NCBI GenBank assembly: GCA_965247475.1
Contig: OZ252016.1
Location: forward strand, 982,087-1,046,086
DNA length: 64,000 nt
Reading direction: 5' to 3'
DNA from: Chloroflexota bacterium
GTDB taxonomy: Bacteria; Chloroflexota; UBA11872
Shown: positions 47,825 through 58,600 of the stretch, piece by piece
Layout of the letters: the number at the start of each line of letters is the position of its first letter
Numbering within the stretch: the stretch's first letter is position 1
Program-made: the position numbers and the translations under genes
The notes under the pieces: generated by a model
Seen by the model: only the letters and a program-made list of their open reading frames with translations
What the model was told of the DNA's origin: nothing
The model's database searches: none

Positions 47825-48702
47825 GCATCTTGCTCGATGGCTCCGCGCGAGTCGTCGTGCAGGGCATGACCGGCCGCCAGGGCGCGTTCCACGCACGACG
47901 GATGGTCGCGGCCGGGACATCCGTCGTCGCGGGCGTCACGCCGGGCCGTGCCGGGACCATGGTCGAGGGGCTTGAGTCGATCCCGGTCTACAACACCGTG
48001 CGGGACGCCGTGCGGGCGCACCCGGCCAACACCGCCTGCATCTTTGTGCCGGCCGCCTCCGCTCCGGATGCGATTCTCGAGGACATCGCGGCCGGCTTCG
48101 AGCTGATCGTCTGCATCACCGAAGGTATCCCGGCCCTGGATATGGTCCGGCTGATGCCGCGGCTGCGCGCGTCGCAGGCGCGCCTGATCGGGCCGAATTC
48201 CCCGGGCGTCGTCACGCCGGGCGCGAACGCGAAGGTCGGGATCATGCCCTGGGAGATCCATTCACCCGGTCCAGTCGGGGTGGTCAGCCGCAGCGGTACG
48301 CTCACGTATGAGGTGGTGCAGCACCTCACGGATCTGGGGGCAGGGCAATCGACCGCGGTTGGCATTGGCGGCGACCCGATCATCGGCACACGATTCGTCG
48401 AGGTGTTGGAGATGTTCGAGGCGGACCCCGCGACTCGCGGGATCGTGCTGCTCGGTGAGATCGGCGGCGACGACGAGGAGCACGCCGCCGCCTTCATCGA
48501 ACGCGCCGTCACGAAGCCGGTCTCCGCGTTCATCGCCGGACGCACGGCGCCGCCGGAACGTCGCATGGGGCACGCAGGCGCGATCGTCTCCGGATCGTCC
48601 GGGACCGCCGCCGCCAAGCGTGACGCGCTGCGCGCGGCGGGCGTTCTCATTGGCGACACACCGCGCGAGGCGGCGGAGTTGCTCGCGGGGCGGCTCGGCT
48701 AG
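47821..48702 (+). CDS. sucD: Succinyl-CoA synthetase alpha subunit
   Basis: [10 protein letters not shown]...SRSGTLTYE... and the MGHAGAIV active-site His loop. 4-nt overlap with sucC. Confidence 0.9.
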   Translation: MSILLDGSARVVVQGMTGRQGAFHARRMVAAGTSVVAGVTPGRAGTMVEGLESIPVYNTVRDAVRAHPANTACIFVPAASAPDAILEDIAAGFELIVCITEGIPALDMVRLMPRLRASQARLIGPNSPGVVTPGANAKVGIMPWEIHSPGPVGVVSRSGTLTYEVVQHLTDLGAGQSTAVGIGGDPIIGTRFVEVLEMFEADPATRGIVLLGEIGGDDEEHAAAFIERAVTKPVSAFIAGRTAPPERRMGHAGAIVSGSSGTAAAKRDALRAAGVLIGDTPREAAELLAGRLG

Positions 48703-48803
48703 GTGGGCATCCCGGCAAGTCCGATAATGGAAGAAGACGTGCCGTCCCGCGGCGCCATCGGACACTTGACTCGGCGACGACCTCCACGACCACTGGCAAG
48801 ACC

Positions 48804-50675
48804 ATGCCTGGGACATTGATGCGCAACAACGAACTCTCACTATTGATCGGCGGACCGGCCGGGAGCGGCATCAACGTTGGAGCGGAGATCTTCGCCAAGG
48901 CCTGTGTGCGCGCGGGTCTCGAGGTCTTCTCCAACGTCGAGTACCACTCGAACATCCACGGCCGGCAGATCTTCTATCGAGTACGCGTCGGCGATGAGCC
49001 GGTCGACTCACACGTCGAGCACGTGGACCTGCTGCTGGCGCTCGACTCCGAGACGCTGTTTGGCAACTACGACGAAACGGACTACCAGCGAAACATCGGA
49101 CATCTTCACCGGCTGGCGCCCGGCGCCGCCGTGATCGTGGACACGCGCGCGGGCATCTCCCCGGACGCGATCGGCCGTGATGACGTCGCGCTGCTCTCGC
49201 TTCCGTTCGACGAGATCGTCAAATCGGCTGTCGAGTCGGGGGGCGCGACGTATCAGGCCCGTCGCCATTCGGTCATGCGCAACATGGTTCCCATAGGCGC
49301 GGCATGCGCACTGCTCGAATTCGAAACCAATCAGGTCGTGAACGTCGTGGCCGAACGGCTGCCGGCCCACCGACAGGACCTGGTGGAGCTCAACCGCCTG
49401 GTGCTGCGGAAGGCCTGGGAGTCCGCGCGACAGCGGCTCGGGACGGCCTCGTTCGATGTGGCGCTGTGGCCGCGCGAGCAGGCCCGATCCAAGCTGCTCA
49501 TGCGCGGAGTGGAGGCCGTGGCGATCGGAAAGGTCAGTGCCGGGTGCGGCCTGCAGACGTACTACCCGATCGCACCCGCGTCAGATGAGAGCGTCTATCT
49601 CGAGACCATCCAGAGCGACTACCCCATCGTCGTCGTCCAAGCCGAGGACGAGATCGCCTCGATGAACATGGCCGTCGGCGCGGCGCACACCGGCGTTCGC
49701 GCGTCTACCTCGACCGCGGGCCCGGGCTTCTCGCTCATGGCGGAAGGCGTTGGGTTCGCCTCCATGACCGAGGCGCCAGGTCCGGTCGTGGTGTTGTACC
49801 AGCGCGGCGGTCCGAGCACCGGCCTGCCGACGCGGAACTCACAGCAGGATCTGCGATTCGCCGTGCAGCCCGCACACGGCGAGTTTCCGCACATCGTCGT
49901 CGCGCCCGGTGGACTGCAAGAGGCGGCCAGGTACACCGTGCTGGCCTTCAACTGGGGCGATCGATATCAGGTCCCGGTGGTCGTGCTGCTCGACAAGGTG
50001 ACCGCGAATTCGTGGTTCACGGTGGACGACCTCGACCTGGCGAACCTGCCGGTCGATGTGGGCGAGATCTGGTCGCCCGACGCGAACGGCGACGAGCCCT
50101 ACCGGCGCCACAGGCTCACCGACACCGGCATCAGTCCGCGCGCGATCTTCGGAACCCCCGAGGGGACGTTCGTGACCACCACCGACGAGCACACCGAGCG
50201 CGGGCGGATCGACGAAGACACGACCAATCGCATGCGCCAGATGGAAAAGCGGATGGGCAAGCTGGAGCTCATCGCGGAGGAGATTCCCGACGAGGATCAG
50301 CTGACGTTGCACGGTCCCGACGATGCCGAGATCACGATCGTGGCGTGGGGGTCGACGGTTGGTCCGATCTCTGATGCGCGGCGCGTGCTCGCGCGCGAGC
50401 ATGGGGTGACGGCCAACCACCTGCAGATCCGGCTGATGTGCCCGTTCCCGGCGGAGTTGGTGCGGACGCAGCTCGAGCGCGCGAACCAGTTGATGCTGCT
50501 GGAGGACAATTACACGGGTCAACTCGGCGGGCTGGTCGCCGAGCACACCGGGATCGAATTGAAGCGGCGGGTGCTCAAGTACGACGGACGGCCTTTCTCA
50601 CAGGACGAGGTGGTCGAGGCCGCGCTCGCGCATCTCAGGACCGAGGTCGAACGGCTCGTGGTCTCGCACCCATGA
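48804..50675 (+). CDS. korA: 2-oxoacid:ferredoxin oxidoreductase alpha subunit (fused alpha/gamma type, KorA-like)
   Basis: 623 aa. Gamma-like N-terminus followed by an alpha-subunit core (GYPITP-equivalent, TSTAGPGFSLM). Confidence 0.85.
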   Translation: MPGTLMRNNELSLLIGGPAGSGINVGAEIFAKACVRAGLEVFSNVEYHSNIHGRQIFYRVRVGDEPVDSHVEHVDLLLALDSETLFGNYDETDYQRNIGHLHRLAPGAAVIVDTRAGISPDAIGRDDVALLSLPFDEIVKSAVESGGATYQARRHSVMRNMVPIGAACALLEFETNQVVNVVAERLPAHRQDLVELNRLVLRKAWESARQRLGTASFDVALWPREQARSKLLMRGVEAVAIGKVSAGCGLQTYYPIAPASDESVYLETIQSDYPIVVVQAEDEIASMNMAVGAAHTGVRASTSTAGPGFSLMAEGVGFASMTEAPGPVVVLYQRGGPSTGLPTRNSQQDLRFAVQPAHGEFPHIVVAPGGLQEAARYTVLAFNWGDRYQVPVVVLLDKVTANSWFTVDDLDLANLPVDVGEIWSPDANGDEPYRRHRLTDTGISPRAIFGTPEGTFVTTTDEHTERGRIDEDTTNRMRQMEKRMGKLELIAEEIPDEDQLTLHGPDDAEITIVAWGSTVGPISDARRVLAREHGVTANHLQIRLMCPFPAELVRTQLERANQLMLLEDNYTGQLGGLVAEHTGIELKRRVLKYDGRPFSQDEVVEAALAHLRTEVERLVVSHP

Positions 50676-50711
50676 GCTGGCTGCGCGTAGGCGAGGGGTG
50701 ACAATAGCGCC

Positions 50712-51659
50712 ATGGCCATAGCCGAACAGATGACCTCGAAGAGCTTCGCCGTCCAAGACGCGCATCCCGACTGGTGCGGCGGCTGCGGCGACTTCGGCAT
50801 CCTCAGCGCCGTCAAGCAGGCGCTGGCCGAGCTTGGACGAGCGCCTCATGAGGTCGCGGTGGTCTCGGGGATCGGGTGCTCCGGCAAGCTCCCGCACTAC
50901 CTGCACACCTACGGCATCCATAGCCTGCACGGCCGCGCGCTCAACGTTGCCACCGGCGTGAGGCTCGCGAACACCGACCTGCTGGTGATTGCCGCCGGCG
51001 GCGACGGCGATGGCTACGGCATCGGCGCGGGCTACTTTGTGAACTCGGGCCGGCGGAATCTTGACATAACGTATCTCGTCCACAACAACGGCGTCTACGG
51101 GCTGACCAAGGGCCAGGCGTCGCCAACCATGCGTCGGGGCGACCAGGCCAAGAGCATGCCTGAGCCCGCGATTCAGGAGAGTGTGAACCCGATCGGGCTG
51201 GCCATCTCGGCCGGATACACGTTCGTGGCGCGCGGCTACGCGATGGCCCAGAAGGACCTGGTCGATCTCATCATGCGCGCCGTCGCGCACCGGGGAACGG
51301 CGCTCGTGGACATTCTGCAGCCGTGCCCGGTCTACAACGATCTGATGACCGTCGACTTCTTCAGGGCCGCGGACCTCGAAGGCTCGCGGTCCCGTATCTA
51401 TCGGCTCGCCGACGAGGGCTACGACGGTGTGGTGCACGATGCTGGCGATCTCGACGAGCGGATCGCGAAGCAGCAACAGGCGCTGGGCAAGTCCTATGAG
51501 TGGGGCGACCGGATTCCCACCGGCGTCCTCTATCAGATCGACGTGCCGACCTATGAGGACGAGGTCGCGCGCCGTCGGCCCCAACTGGCTGATTCGCCGC
51601 TGACCTCCGCCGCCAAGCCCGGCCAGGACGTCCGTCCGCTGATCGAACGCTTCCGCTAG
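50712..51659 (+). CDS. korB: 2-oxoacid:ferredoxin oxidoreductase beta subunit (TPP-binding, KorB-like)
   Basis: CGGCGDFGIL...GIGCSGK...AAGGDGDGYGIG is a TPP-binding motif. Confidence 0.85.
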   Translation: MAIAEQMTSKSFAVQDAHPDWCGGCGDFGILSAVKQALAELGRAPHEVAVVSGIGCSGKLPHYLHTYGIHSLHGRALNVATGVRLANTDLLVIAAGGDGDGYGIGAGYFVNSGRRNLDITYLVHNNGVYGLTKGQASPTMRRGDQAKSMPEPAIQESVNPIGLAISAGYTFVARGYAMAQKDLVDLIMRAVAHRGTALVDILQPCPVYNDLMTVDFFRAADLEGSRSRIYRLADEGYDGVVHDAGDLDERIAKQQQALGKSYEWGDRIPTGVLYQIDVPTYEDEVARRRPQLADSPLTSAAKPGQDVRPLIERFR

Positions 51660-51954
51660 CGGTTCTTCGACCGACGCCGGCGGGCGCCAACCGACGCGCG
51701 GGTGGTGCGAGCTGACGGCTTTGGAGGCCGATCATTCGTGGTCGATCGCGCCGTCCGTCCGAGAGACGCTTGGCGGCCTCATGGTAGTGCCGTAGGCGGA
51801 TTCTCCATCGGTATGCTGGCGGGAGCCCTCCCGATCATTCCGAATCACACGGCTGCCGACCAAGCTCCGGGGCTCCGACGCCCGCTGGACACGCCCGCGG
51901 CACCGCGTGCGGCGACCGTTATGTGAAACTGAACCGGAGGCGGCGCGCGCCGAT

Positions 51955-52027
51955 GCCCCCGTAGCTCAGTGGACAGAGCAGCGGCCTTCTAAGCCGTTGG
52001 TCGCAGGTTCGAGTCCTGCCGGGGGCG
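51955..52027 (+). tRNA. tRNA-Arg (anticodon TCT)
   Basis: GCCCCCG-TA-GCTCAGTGGACAGAGC-A-GCGGC-CTTCTAA-GCCGT-TGGTC-GCAGGTTCGAGTCCTGC-CGGGGGC-G. Perfect acceptor stem. CCA is not encoded. Confidence 0.8.
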
Positions 52028-52226
52028 CCGCCGACCAGGCGTCACGGGTGCCCCGAACCTGTCAATAGGGCGTTTGCCGGGGCGCGGGTCGTCGAGTCGC
52101 CATCCTGGAGCCATACCGCCCGTTCCTTCGGAGGGTGCGGATGCGCCACACACCGGCCACGACGATCCCGGCGCTGGCCAAACACGAGTTCGGGTCCGAA
52201 TAGCGTAGAAGTCGCAAGCCATTGCT

Positions 52227-53437
52227 CCCCCTAGGGGGAGACCTTTGCATAACCCCGGTGGCTCGCCACAATCGGCCCGGAGGGCAGCGCTGAGGGAAGG
52301 GTAGCCATGCACCGCACCGTGAGTGGGGGGTCGTTCGTGGAGGCGCTACTGCCGGAGCGGCTGGGGCGGAACGCGAAGCTGGAGCGGCTGGACGCGGTGG
52401 TTGACTGGACGCCGTTGGCGGAGGTGGTCGCGGGCATCCACGCCGCGCCCGCCGGCCGTCCCAGCTACCCGCCGCTGGTGATGGTGAACGTGCTAGTGCT
52501 GCAGCAGTGGTACGGGGCCTCCGACGAGGCGATGGAGGAAGCCCGGTGGGACCGGGTCTCGTTCAAGCGGTTCGTGGGGCTGGGGCTGGAGGACGACGCG
52601 CCGGACCACTCGACGATCAGCCGCTTTCGGACGGCCGTGACGGAGCGCGGGCTGGCCGGGCGGCTGTTGCAGGCGGTGAACCGCCAGTGGGAGGCGCGCC
52701 GGTTGCTGGTGAAGCAGGGCACGCTGATCGACGCGACGCTCGTAGCGGCGCAGGCGCGGCGGCCGTCGATGCGGGAGCGGCCGGGGGCCCGGAGCGCGAC
52801 CGACCCGGAGGCTGGATGGACGCGCACAGGAGGCCGAGCGCACTTTGGCTACAAGGCGCACCTCGGGGTGGATGCGGGGTCCGGGCTGATCCGAGCGGCG
52901 GTGCTGACGCCCGCCAACGTGAACGAGACGGAGGTGGCGGACGGGTTGGTGAGCGGCGATGAGGCGGCGGTCTATGCCGACAAGGCCTACGAGTCGAAGG
53001 CCCGCCGGCAGCGGCTGCGGGCGCAGGGCATCAACGACCGGATCATGCACCGCTCGCACAAGCACCAGGCGCAACTGCCGTACTGGCAGCGGCGCCGGAA
53101 CGCGCTGATCGCCCGCGCGCGGGCACCGGTGGAGCGGGTGTTTGGGACGCTGAAGCGATCCTACGGCTATCGGCGCGTGCGCTACCTGGGGCTGGAGCGC
53201 AACGCCACGGAGTTCTTCTTCAAATGCCTGGCCTACAACCTGCGCCGGGCGGACCGGTTGCTGGCCGCCGCGCCCGCGTGTCCCTAGGAGGCCTGCGCCC
53301 TCGGCCGGGCAATGACCGGCGCGCGGCGGGGCCGGGGGCGGCTGAGCAGCCAGAACCACCCGTCCGGTCGCTTCCCCGGTGGACGGCCCCCCTCAAGGCC
53401 GGCTAGGGCGCATTACGCAAAGGTCTCCTAGGGGGCA
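52227..53437 (+). mobile_element. IS5-family insertion sequence, complete, with roughly 28-bp terminal inverted repeats
   Basis: IR-L CCCCCTAGGGGGAGACCTTTGCATAA. IR-R is the reverse complement of TTACGCAAAGGTCTCCTAGGGGG. A single transposase ORF lies between them. Confidence 0.8.
52307..53287 (+). CDS. IS5-family DDE transposase
   Basis: 326 aa. DDE_Tnp_1-type conservation (GTLIDATLV...GYKAHLGVD...YADKAY...RAPVERVFG). Confidence 0.85.
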   Translation: MHRTVSGGSFVEALLPERLGRNAKLERLDAVVDWTPLAEVVAGIHAAPAGRPSYPPLVMVNVLVLQQWYGASDEAMEEARWDRVSFKRFVGLGLEDDAPDHSTISRFRTAVTERGLAGRLLQAVNRQWEARRLLVKQGTLIDATLVAAQARRPSMRERPGARSATDPEAGWTRTGGRAHFGYKAHLGVDAGSGLIRAAVLTPANVNETEVADGLVSGDEAAVYADKAYESKARRQRLRAQGINDRIMHRSHKHQAQLPYWQRRRNALIARARAPVERVFGTLKRSYGYRRVRYLGLERNATEFFFKCLAYNLRRADRLLAAAPACP

Positions 53438-53657
53438 ACGGCCCGCAGATCGGCCTAAGCGCGGTTACAGATTTGGCGCGGCTCAGCGTCGACGCGTGTC
53501 CCGTCGGTTCTTTTGAGTTCTACGGAATACGCACAGCGCTCCACCAGACGGACGGTGCAAAATTGAAGTGTGATAGCCACCTCAGGACCCACAGACCCGC
53601 TCCGTCAACCAGCACCGGCCCGCAGGCCTCCGGGCTAGGACATCACCAAATCGTCAA

Positions 53658-53966
53658 ATGCAGTACCGCCTCCTCCTCGGGCTACTACTCCTACTGACAA
53701 CTCTCCTCTTCGCCGCGTGCGGTGAAGGCACCGCGACCGAGTTGAGTTCAGATCACCGTGCGGTGGCTGACGCGAACGCGAAGCCGTGCAGTACTCCGCC
53801 GCGACCGGCATCCAGATCAAAGAAGGCCGATCTCATCCTCACCGAAGCCGACGCCGGCAAGACCATCCAGACCCCGACGTTCCAGGCTGACCTCGGCAAC
53901 CCGGACAAGAAGGGCGTCATGCTGACGCTGGAGGGCGACGACGCCGCCCTGCCGATCCGGCCCTAG
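53658..53966 (+). pseudogene. N-terminal fragment (signal peptide plus about 80 aa) of a lipoprotein paralogous to 25050..25610
   Basis: Lipobox LLFAACGEG. LTEADAGKTIQTPTFQADLGNPDKKGVMLTLEGDDA parallels LTEADAGRVIDVDYFQYEIGLPDKKGTEIHLEGDDA of the intact copy. The ORF stops immediately afterwards. Confidence 0.5.
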
Positions 53967-54170
53967 GGTCGGGCGATGCCGCGCGACCACGCTCGCGAGT
54001 CACACGAGATCACACCCGCCGTGAGAGGGGCTCGCCGGCCAAGCCCGGAGACCCTGCGGGGATTCTGATCAGTCCCCCCGATGAGGAGACGTTTGCATAA
54101 CCCGGTCAGGCTGAGGATGTCCGGGGAGAACCCTGCGCGGTTCCAGGTTGGGTGGGGCCTAGATTCCCTA

Positions 54171-55196
54171 GATTCACAAACGAAGTGCAACACCTCATGA
54201 AGGTCCTGCGATGGGACGCCGATACGCGCACCTCACCAGTGACGAGCGCTGTGAGATTGCCCGCCTACGCGCCCAGGGCCGCTCGATCCGGCAAATTGCT
54301 GCAAGTCTGGATCGCGCGCCATCGAGCATTGCGCGGGAGCTGACGCGCAACCGGTCACGCACCCAGGGCTACCAGCCCCGCTATGCCGACCAGCAGGCCC
54401 ACGCCCGCCGCTGGCGCGGCGCCCGCCTCGACCGGGATCCGGCGCTGCGCGACCGCGTCCTCGCCCGCCTCGCCCAGGGCTGGTCCCCCGAGCAGGTCGC
54501 CGGCCGGTTGGCCCGCGAGGCCGGCCGCTCGGTCATTGCCCACGAAACCATCGACCGGTTCATCTATGCCCAGCTCGCCCGCACGAAGGACTACACGTGG
54601 CGCTACTACCTGCCCCGCGCCAAGTCCAAACGCGGCTGGCGCGGGCGCAAAGGCGGTAGCCCCGCCTCCTTTATCGCCCACCGCCGCCCCCTGGCCGACC
54701 GACCCGTCGCCGCCGCGGACCGCCAGACCCCCGGCCACTGGGAGGCCGACCTGATGCTCGTCCGCACCTATGGCCAGGCGGTCCTCACCGTGCACGAGCG
54801 TCACTCCCGGCTCCTCGTCGCCGTCCGCCCGCCCGGCAAAGCCGCCGCCCCCATCGCGACCGCCCTGACCCAGCTCCTGGCGCCCTTGCCGCCCCCCTGG
54901 CGCCAACCCGTCACCTTCGACAACGGCACCGAGTTCGCCCGCCATCACCGCCTCCATGCGCTCGGCCTCGCCACCTTCTTCTGCGACCCCCACGCCCCCT
55001 GGCAGCAAGGCGGGATCGAGACCGCCATCGGCCGCCTGCGCCGGACGTTGCCCCGCAAGACCGACCTCGTCGGCCTGCCGGACGACCGCTTTCGGCAGGT
55101 GGTCCAGGCCTACAACAACACCCCCCGCAAGTGCCTCGGCTACCAGACCCCCGCCGAGGTCTTCTGGACACACGTGTTGCACTTGAAATGTGAATC
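54171..55196 (+). mobile_element. IS30-family insertion sequence, complete
   Basis: IR-L GATTCACAAACGAAGTGCAACAC. IR-R, as its reverse complement, is GATTCACATTTCAAGTGCAACAC. The two match at 19 of 23 positions. Confidence 0.85.
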
Positions 55197-55221
55197 CACC
55201 TTCCGGCGTTCGCGGGAATGA
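54211..55221 (+). CDS. IS30-family transposase (HTH_38 plus DDE integrase core)
   Basis: 336 aa. N-terminal HTH (LTSDERCEIARLRAQGRSIRQIAASLDRAPSSIARE). DDE core (...HWEADLM...TFDNGTEF...). Confidence 0.85.
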   Translation: MGRRYAHLTSDERCEIARLRAQGRSIRQIAASLDRAPSSIARELTRNRSRTQGYQPRYADQQAHARRWRGARLDRDPALRDRVLARLAQGWSPEQVAGRLAREAGRSVIAHETIDRFIYAQLARTKDYTWRYYLPRAKSKRGWRGRKGGSPASFIAHRRPLADRPVAAADRQTPGHWEADLMLVRTYGQAVLTVHERHSRLLVAVRPPGKAAAPIATALTQLLAPLPPPWRQPVTFDNGTEFARHHRLHALGLATFFCDPHAPWQQGGIETAIGRLRRTLPRKTDLVGLPDDRFRQVVQAYNNTPRKCLGYQTPAEVFWTHVLHLKCESTFRRSRE

Positions 55222-55435
55222 CGAGGGGTTACGCAAGGGTCTCCGGCGAGGGGGAGTCGGCTCGTCGGGAGCCCAACCCCGACGAGCCGGTGGGCGAACA
55301 GAGCGCTCTTCGTCTCGGGACAGGCTCGATCAAGCAGCAGCCCCGCGCCGCGTCTGACGGATACGCTCAGGCCACGGCCGTCATGAGCCGTGCACGATGT
55401 TCTCCTTCCACCTGCCGTACCGCTCGAACGTCACC

Positions 55436-55540
55436 TCAGAGGCGTGCTCGAGCCGCTTGGCCGGATCGCCACTCGACCAGCTCGAGGATCAGGTCCGTTT
55501 GGTCCATCACGTTGCCGCGGAACTCCAGGACCTTTGCCGC
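55436..55540 (-). pseudogene. C-terminal fragment of the same lipoprotein paralogue, lying on the opposite strand from the N-fragment
   Basis: The minus-strand translation AAAKVLEFRGNVMDQTDLILELVEWRSG parallels AAKVLEFRGSGRGETDVIVELVERD of 25050..25610. Confidence 0.4.
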
Positions 55541-55602
55541 CGCCACCGGGGCCGCCGCTCGCCCGCGCGCTCGGCGGCCTGAGGGAATGCTTTGACGGCT
55601 GA

Positions 55603-58600
55603 TTGCGTAGTCTCTGGGCAAGGAGCGCTGCGCCCGGAGGCCCGCGCGTGCGAGCGCGACGATTGACTCAGGATCAAGGGCGCCGACGGCTGTGGACCAT
55701 CGGGCTGGCGGCGGCATTGCTGGCGATGATGCTTGGCCTCGCCGTGCGGTTTGTGGCCGAAGTGGAGGCCTTTGCGCCGCCGCCCGCGCCACTGCCAACC
55801 GCCGCCGCCCCAAGCTCGACGCCACCAGCCGACGCGTTCGCGCCAACGGCGGACACAACGACTCCGGCACCCGGCGAGCGGTTCATCGCCGTGAGCAGCG
55901 GCAACTTTCACACCTGTGCGCTGCGCGCCGACGGTGAACCTGTGTGCTGGGGCGCCAAGCCGGTAGATCCTGACGCTGGCTTGCGGCTGGTTGACTTCGG
56001 TCAGACCTCGCCGCCCGCCAGCGAGCGGTTCGTGGCCATCAGCAGCGGTGGGTTCCACACCTGCGGCCTGCGCCAGAACGGAACCGTCGTGTGTTAGGGC
56101 GCTGAGGTAGGTGACGAGACCAGGGGATACGGCCAAGTCGGGCACGGCTAAACATCCCCCCGGAAGGTGAGGTCTTTGTAGCTATCAGCAGCGGAGGCGG
56201 GCACACCTGCGGACTCCGCGAGGATGGCACGGCTGTCTGCTGGGGCGACGACAGCTCAGGCCAGGCAACGCCGCCCGAGGGTGAACGCTTCGCGTCCATC
56301 AGCAGCGGCTCGTACCACACCTGCGGGCTGCGTGAAGATGGATCCGGTGCCTGCTGGGGGCCCGAGTACAACTCGGGGGCGTGGGAAGTGCCGCCCGAAA
56401 ACCCGTTGGTCGTTCTGGACAGCGCCGACGGCTATACGTGCGGCCTGCGGCAAGACGGCTCCCCGATCTGCTGGGGGGGCGAGCGGTCGGACGAGGTCTA
56501 CGCCAACCAGTACCCGCGCAGCTCCGAGCGTTTCATAGCCATCAGTGGGCGTGACAGTCGCGGACGCGGCGGCTGCGGCCTTTGGACCAACGGCACCGCG
56601 GTGTGCTGGGGCGGTGTCGATCCGCCCCCGCAGCGGCAGCAGTTCACCGCGATCAGCAGCGGTCTGGAACACACCTGCGGTCTCCGCCGCGATGACGGCG
56701 GGCTCGTGTGCTGGGGCGGCGACGAGTTTGGCCAATCGTCGCCGGCCGGGATGCGGTTCGTTGCCCTCAGTAGCGGCGAGCGGCATGTCTGTGCCCTTCG
56801 GGCGAACGGCGCGCCCATCTGCTGGGGTGACCCGGCGCAAGGTCGCACCGCGCCGCCTGCAGGCGAGACGTTCGCGGCCATCAGCAGCGGCTGGGCCCAC
56901 ACCTGCGCCCTGAGGTCTGACGGGGCGCCGGTTTGCTGGGGTCGGAACGACTACGGCCAGGCGCAGCCGCCGGACGGCGAGCAGCTAAGCGCCCTCAGCA
57001 GCGGGCCTACCCACAGCTGCGGCTTGCGCTCGGACGGCACGCCCCTCTGCTGGGGCCGGAATGACGACGGCCAGGCGTCATCGCCCGCCGGCGCACAATT
57101 CACGTCGATCAGCAGCGGCGGAAGCCACACCTGCGCCCTGCACGCCGATGGCAGTCCGTTCTGCTGGGGCGACGAGGACGACGCGGTCACTCGCGCGCCC
57201 AATGTCGACCAGTACAGCTCGATTGTCAGTGGCAGCGGGTATGCCTGCGGACTGCGGTCGGACGGCACGCTGGTTTGCTGGGGTAGAGGCTCCTTGGGAG
57301 CTCCGCAGGGCGAAACGCTCTCGGTCGTAAGCCTCGGGTCGGGCCACAGCTGCGGCCTGCGTCGGGACGGCCGACCCGTCTGTTGGGGCGATGGGTACGA
57401 CACGCCGGTGGTCACGGCCCGCCGATCCACCTACCAGATCATCAGCGAGCAGAGCGTTCGCGCCGTGAGCGGCGGCTATGGGCGCACCTGCGCCCTGCGC
57501 CATGACGGCCGCCCCGTGTGCTGGTCGCTCAGGAGCGCCTATCCAAATCTGAGCGGCGAGCTGTCGGTGCCGTATGGCGAGCACTTCACCACGCTCAGCA
57601 GCGGTGGCGGTCACACGTGCGCCTTGCGCGACGACGGTACGGCCGTGTGCTGGGGTTCCGACGATGAAGACAAGTCGTCGCCGCCTGAGGGCGAGCGCTT
57701 CACGGCGGTGAGCACCGGCTTCTCGTTCACGTGCGGCCTGCGTGAGGATGGCGCCGCTGTCTGCTGGGGGAGCGATGAACGCGGAGGGGCGTCGCCCCCG
57801 GAAGGTGGGCGGTTCGTCGCCATCAGCAGCGGCCTGGGTCTGAGGCATGGGCACACCTGCGCGCTGCAAGAGGACGGGTCCGCCGTCTGCTGGGGTTCAA
57901 ATGACGAGGGCCAGGCCTCGCCACCGGCCGACGAACGCTTCATGGCCATCAGCAGCGGCGCGCAACATACGTGCGCCCTGCGCCTGGACGGGACCGCCGT
58001 CTGTTGGGGCTACGACTGGGACCGCTAGGCATCGCCCCCGCCCGGACAGACGTTCACTGCCATTGCCAGTGGCCGCGCCCACACGTGCGCCATTCGCGCC
58101 GACGACGGAACGGCCGTCTGCTGGGGATCGAACCGCGACTTCATCTACGACTATCTGGGCCAGGCCAGGCCGCCCTATGGCGAAACCTTTTCCGCCATCA
58201 GCACCGGCCAGGACCAGACGTGTGGCGTGCGCTCCGCCGATTCGACGCCGGTGTGCTGGGGGGAAGGACCCGGGCACCGATCCGGGTATCCCAAGCTCAA
58301 GCCCTTTGCCGAGGTCGGCGGTGAGACGTTCAAGTCCATCAGCAGCGGCGACGGCCATGTCTGCGCCCTGCGCAACGACGGAACCGCCGTCTGTTGGGGC
58401 GACAACGAGACCGGTGAGGCCAATCCGCCGCCGGAGACGTTCAGCGCGATCAGCAGCGGGGCCAACCACACCTGTGCCCTGCGGGCGTCGGATGGGGCGG
58501 CGATCTGCTGGGGCAGCAATCGCACCCCCGATGGCAAGTTCGCCGGCTATCGCGATCAGGCGCTGCCGCCCTCTGGCGAGTCCTTCGTCGCCATCAGCAG

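Larger units (their letters stand above)
54073..55255 (+). mobile_element. MITE-like miniature element, about 140 bp without its cargo, with IS5-family-like terminal inverted repeats. A complete IS30 element is nested inside it.
   Basis: Left end CCCCCCGATGAGGAGACGTTTGCATAACCC and right end GGGGTTACGCAAGGGTCTCC...GGGGGAG mirror the IRs of the IS5-family element at 52227-53437. There is no transposase between them apart from the nested IS30. Confidence 0.5.
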
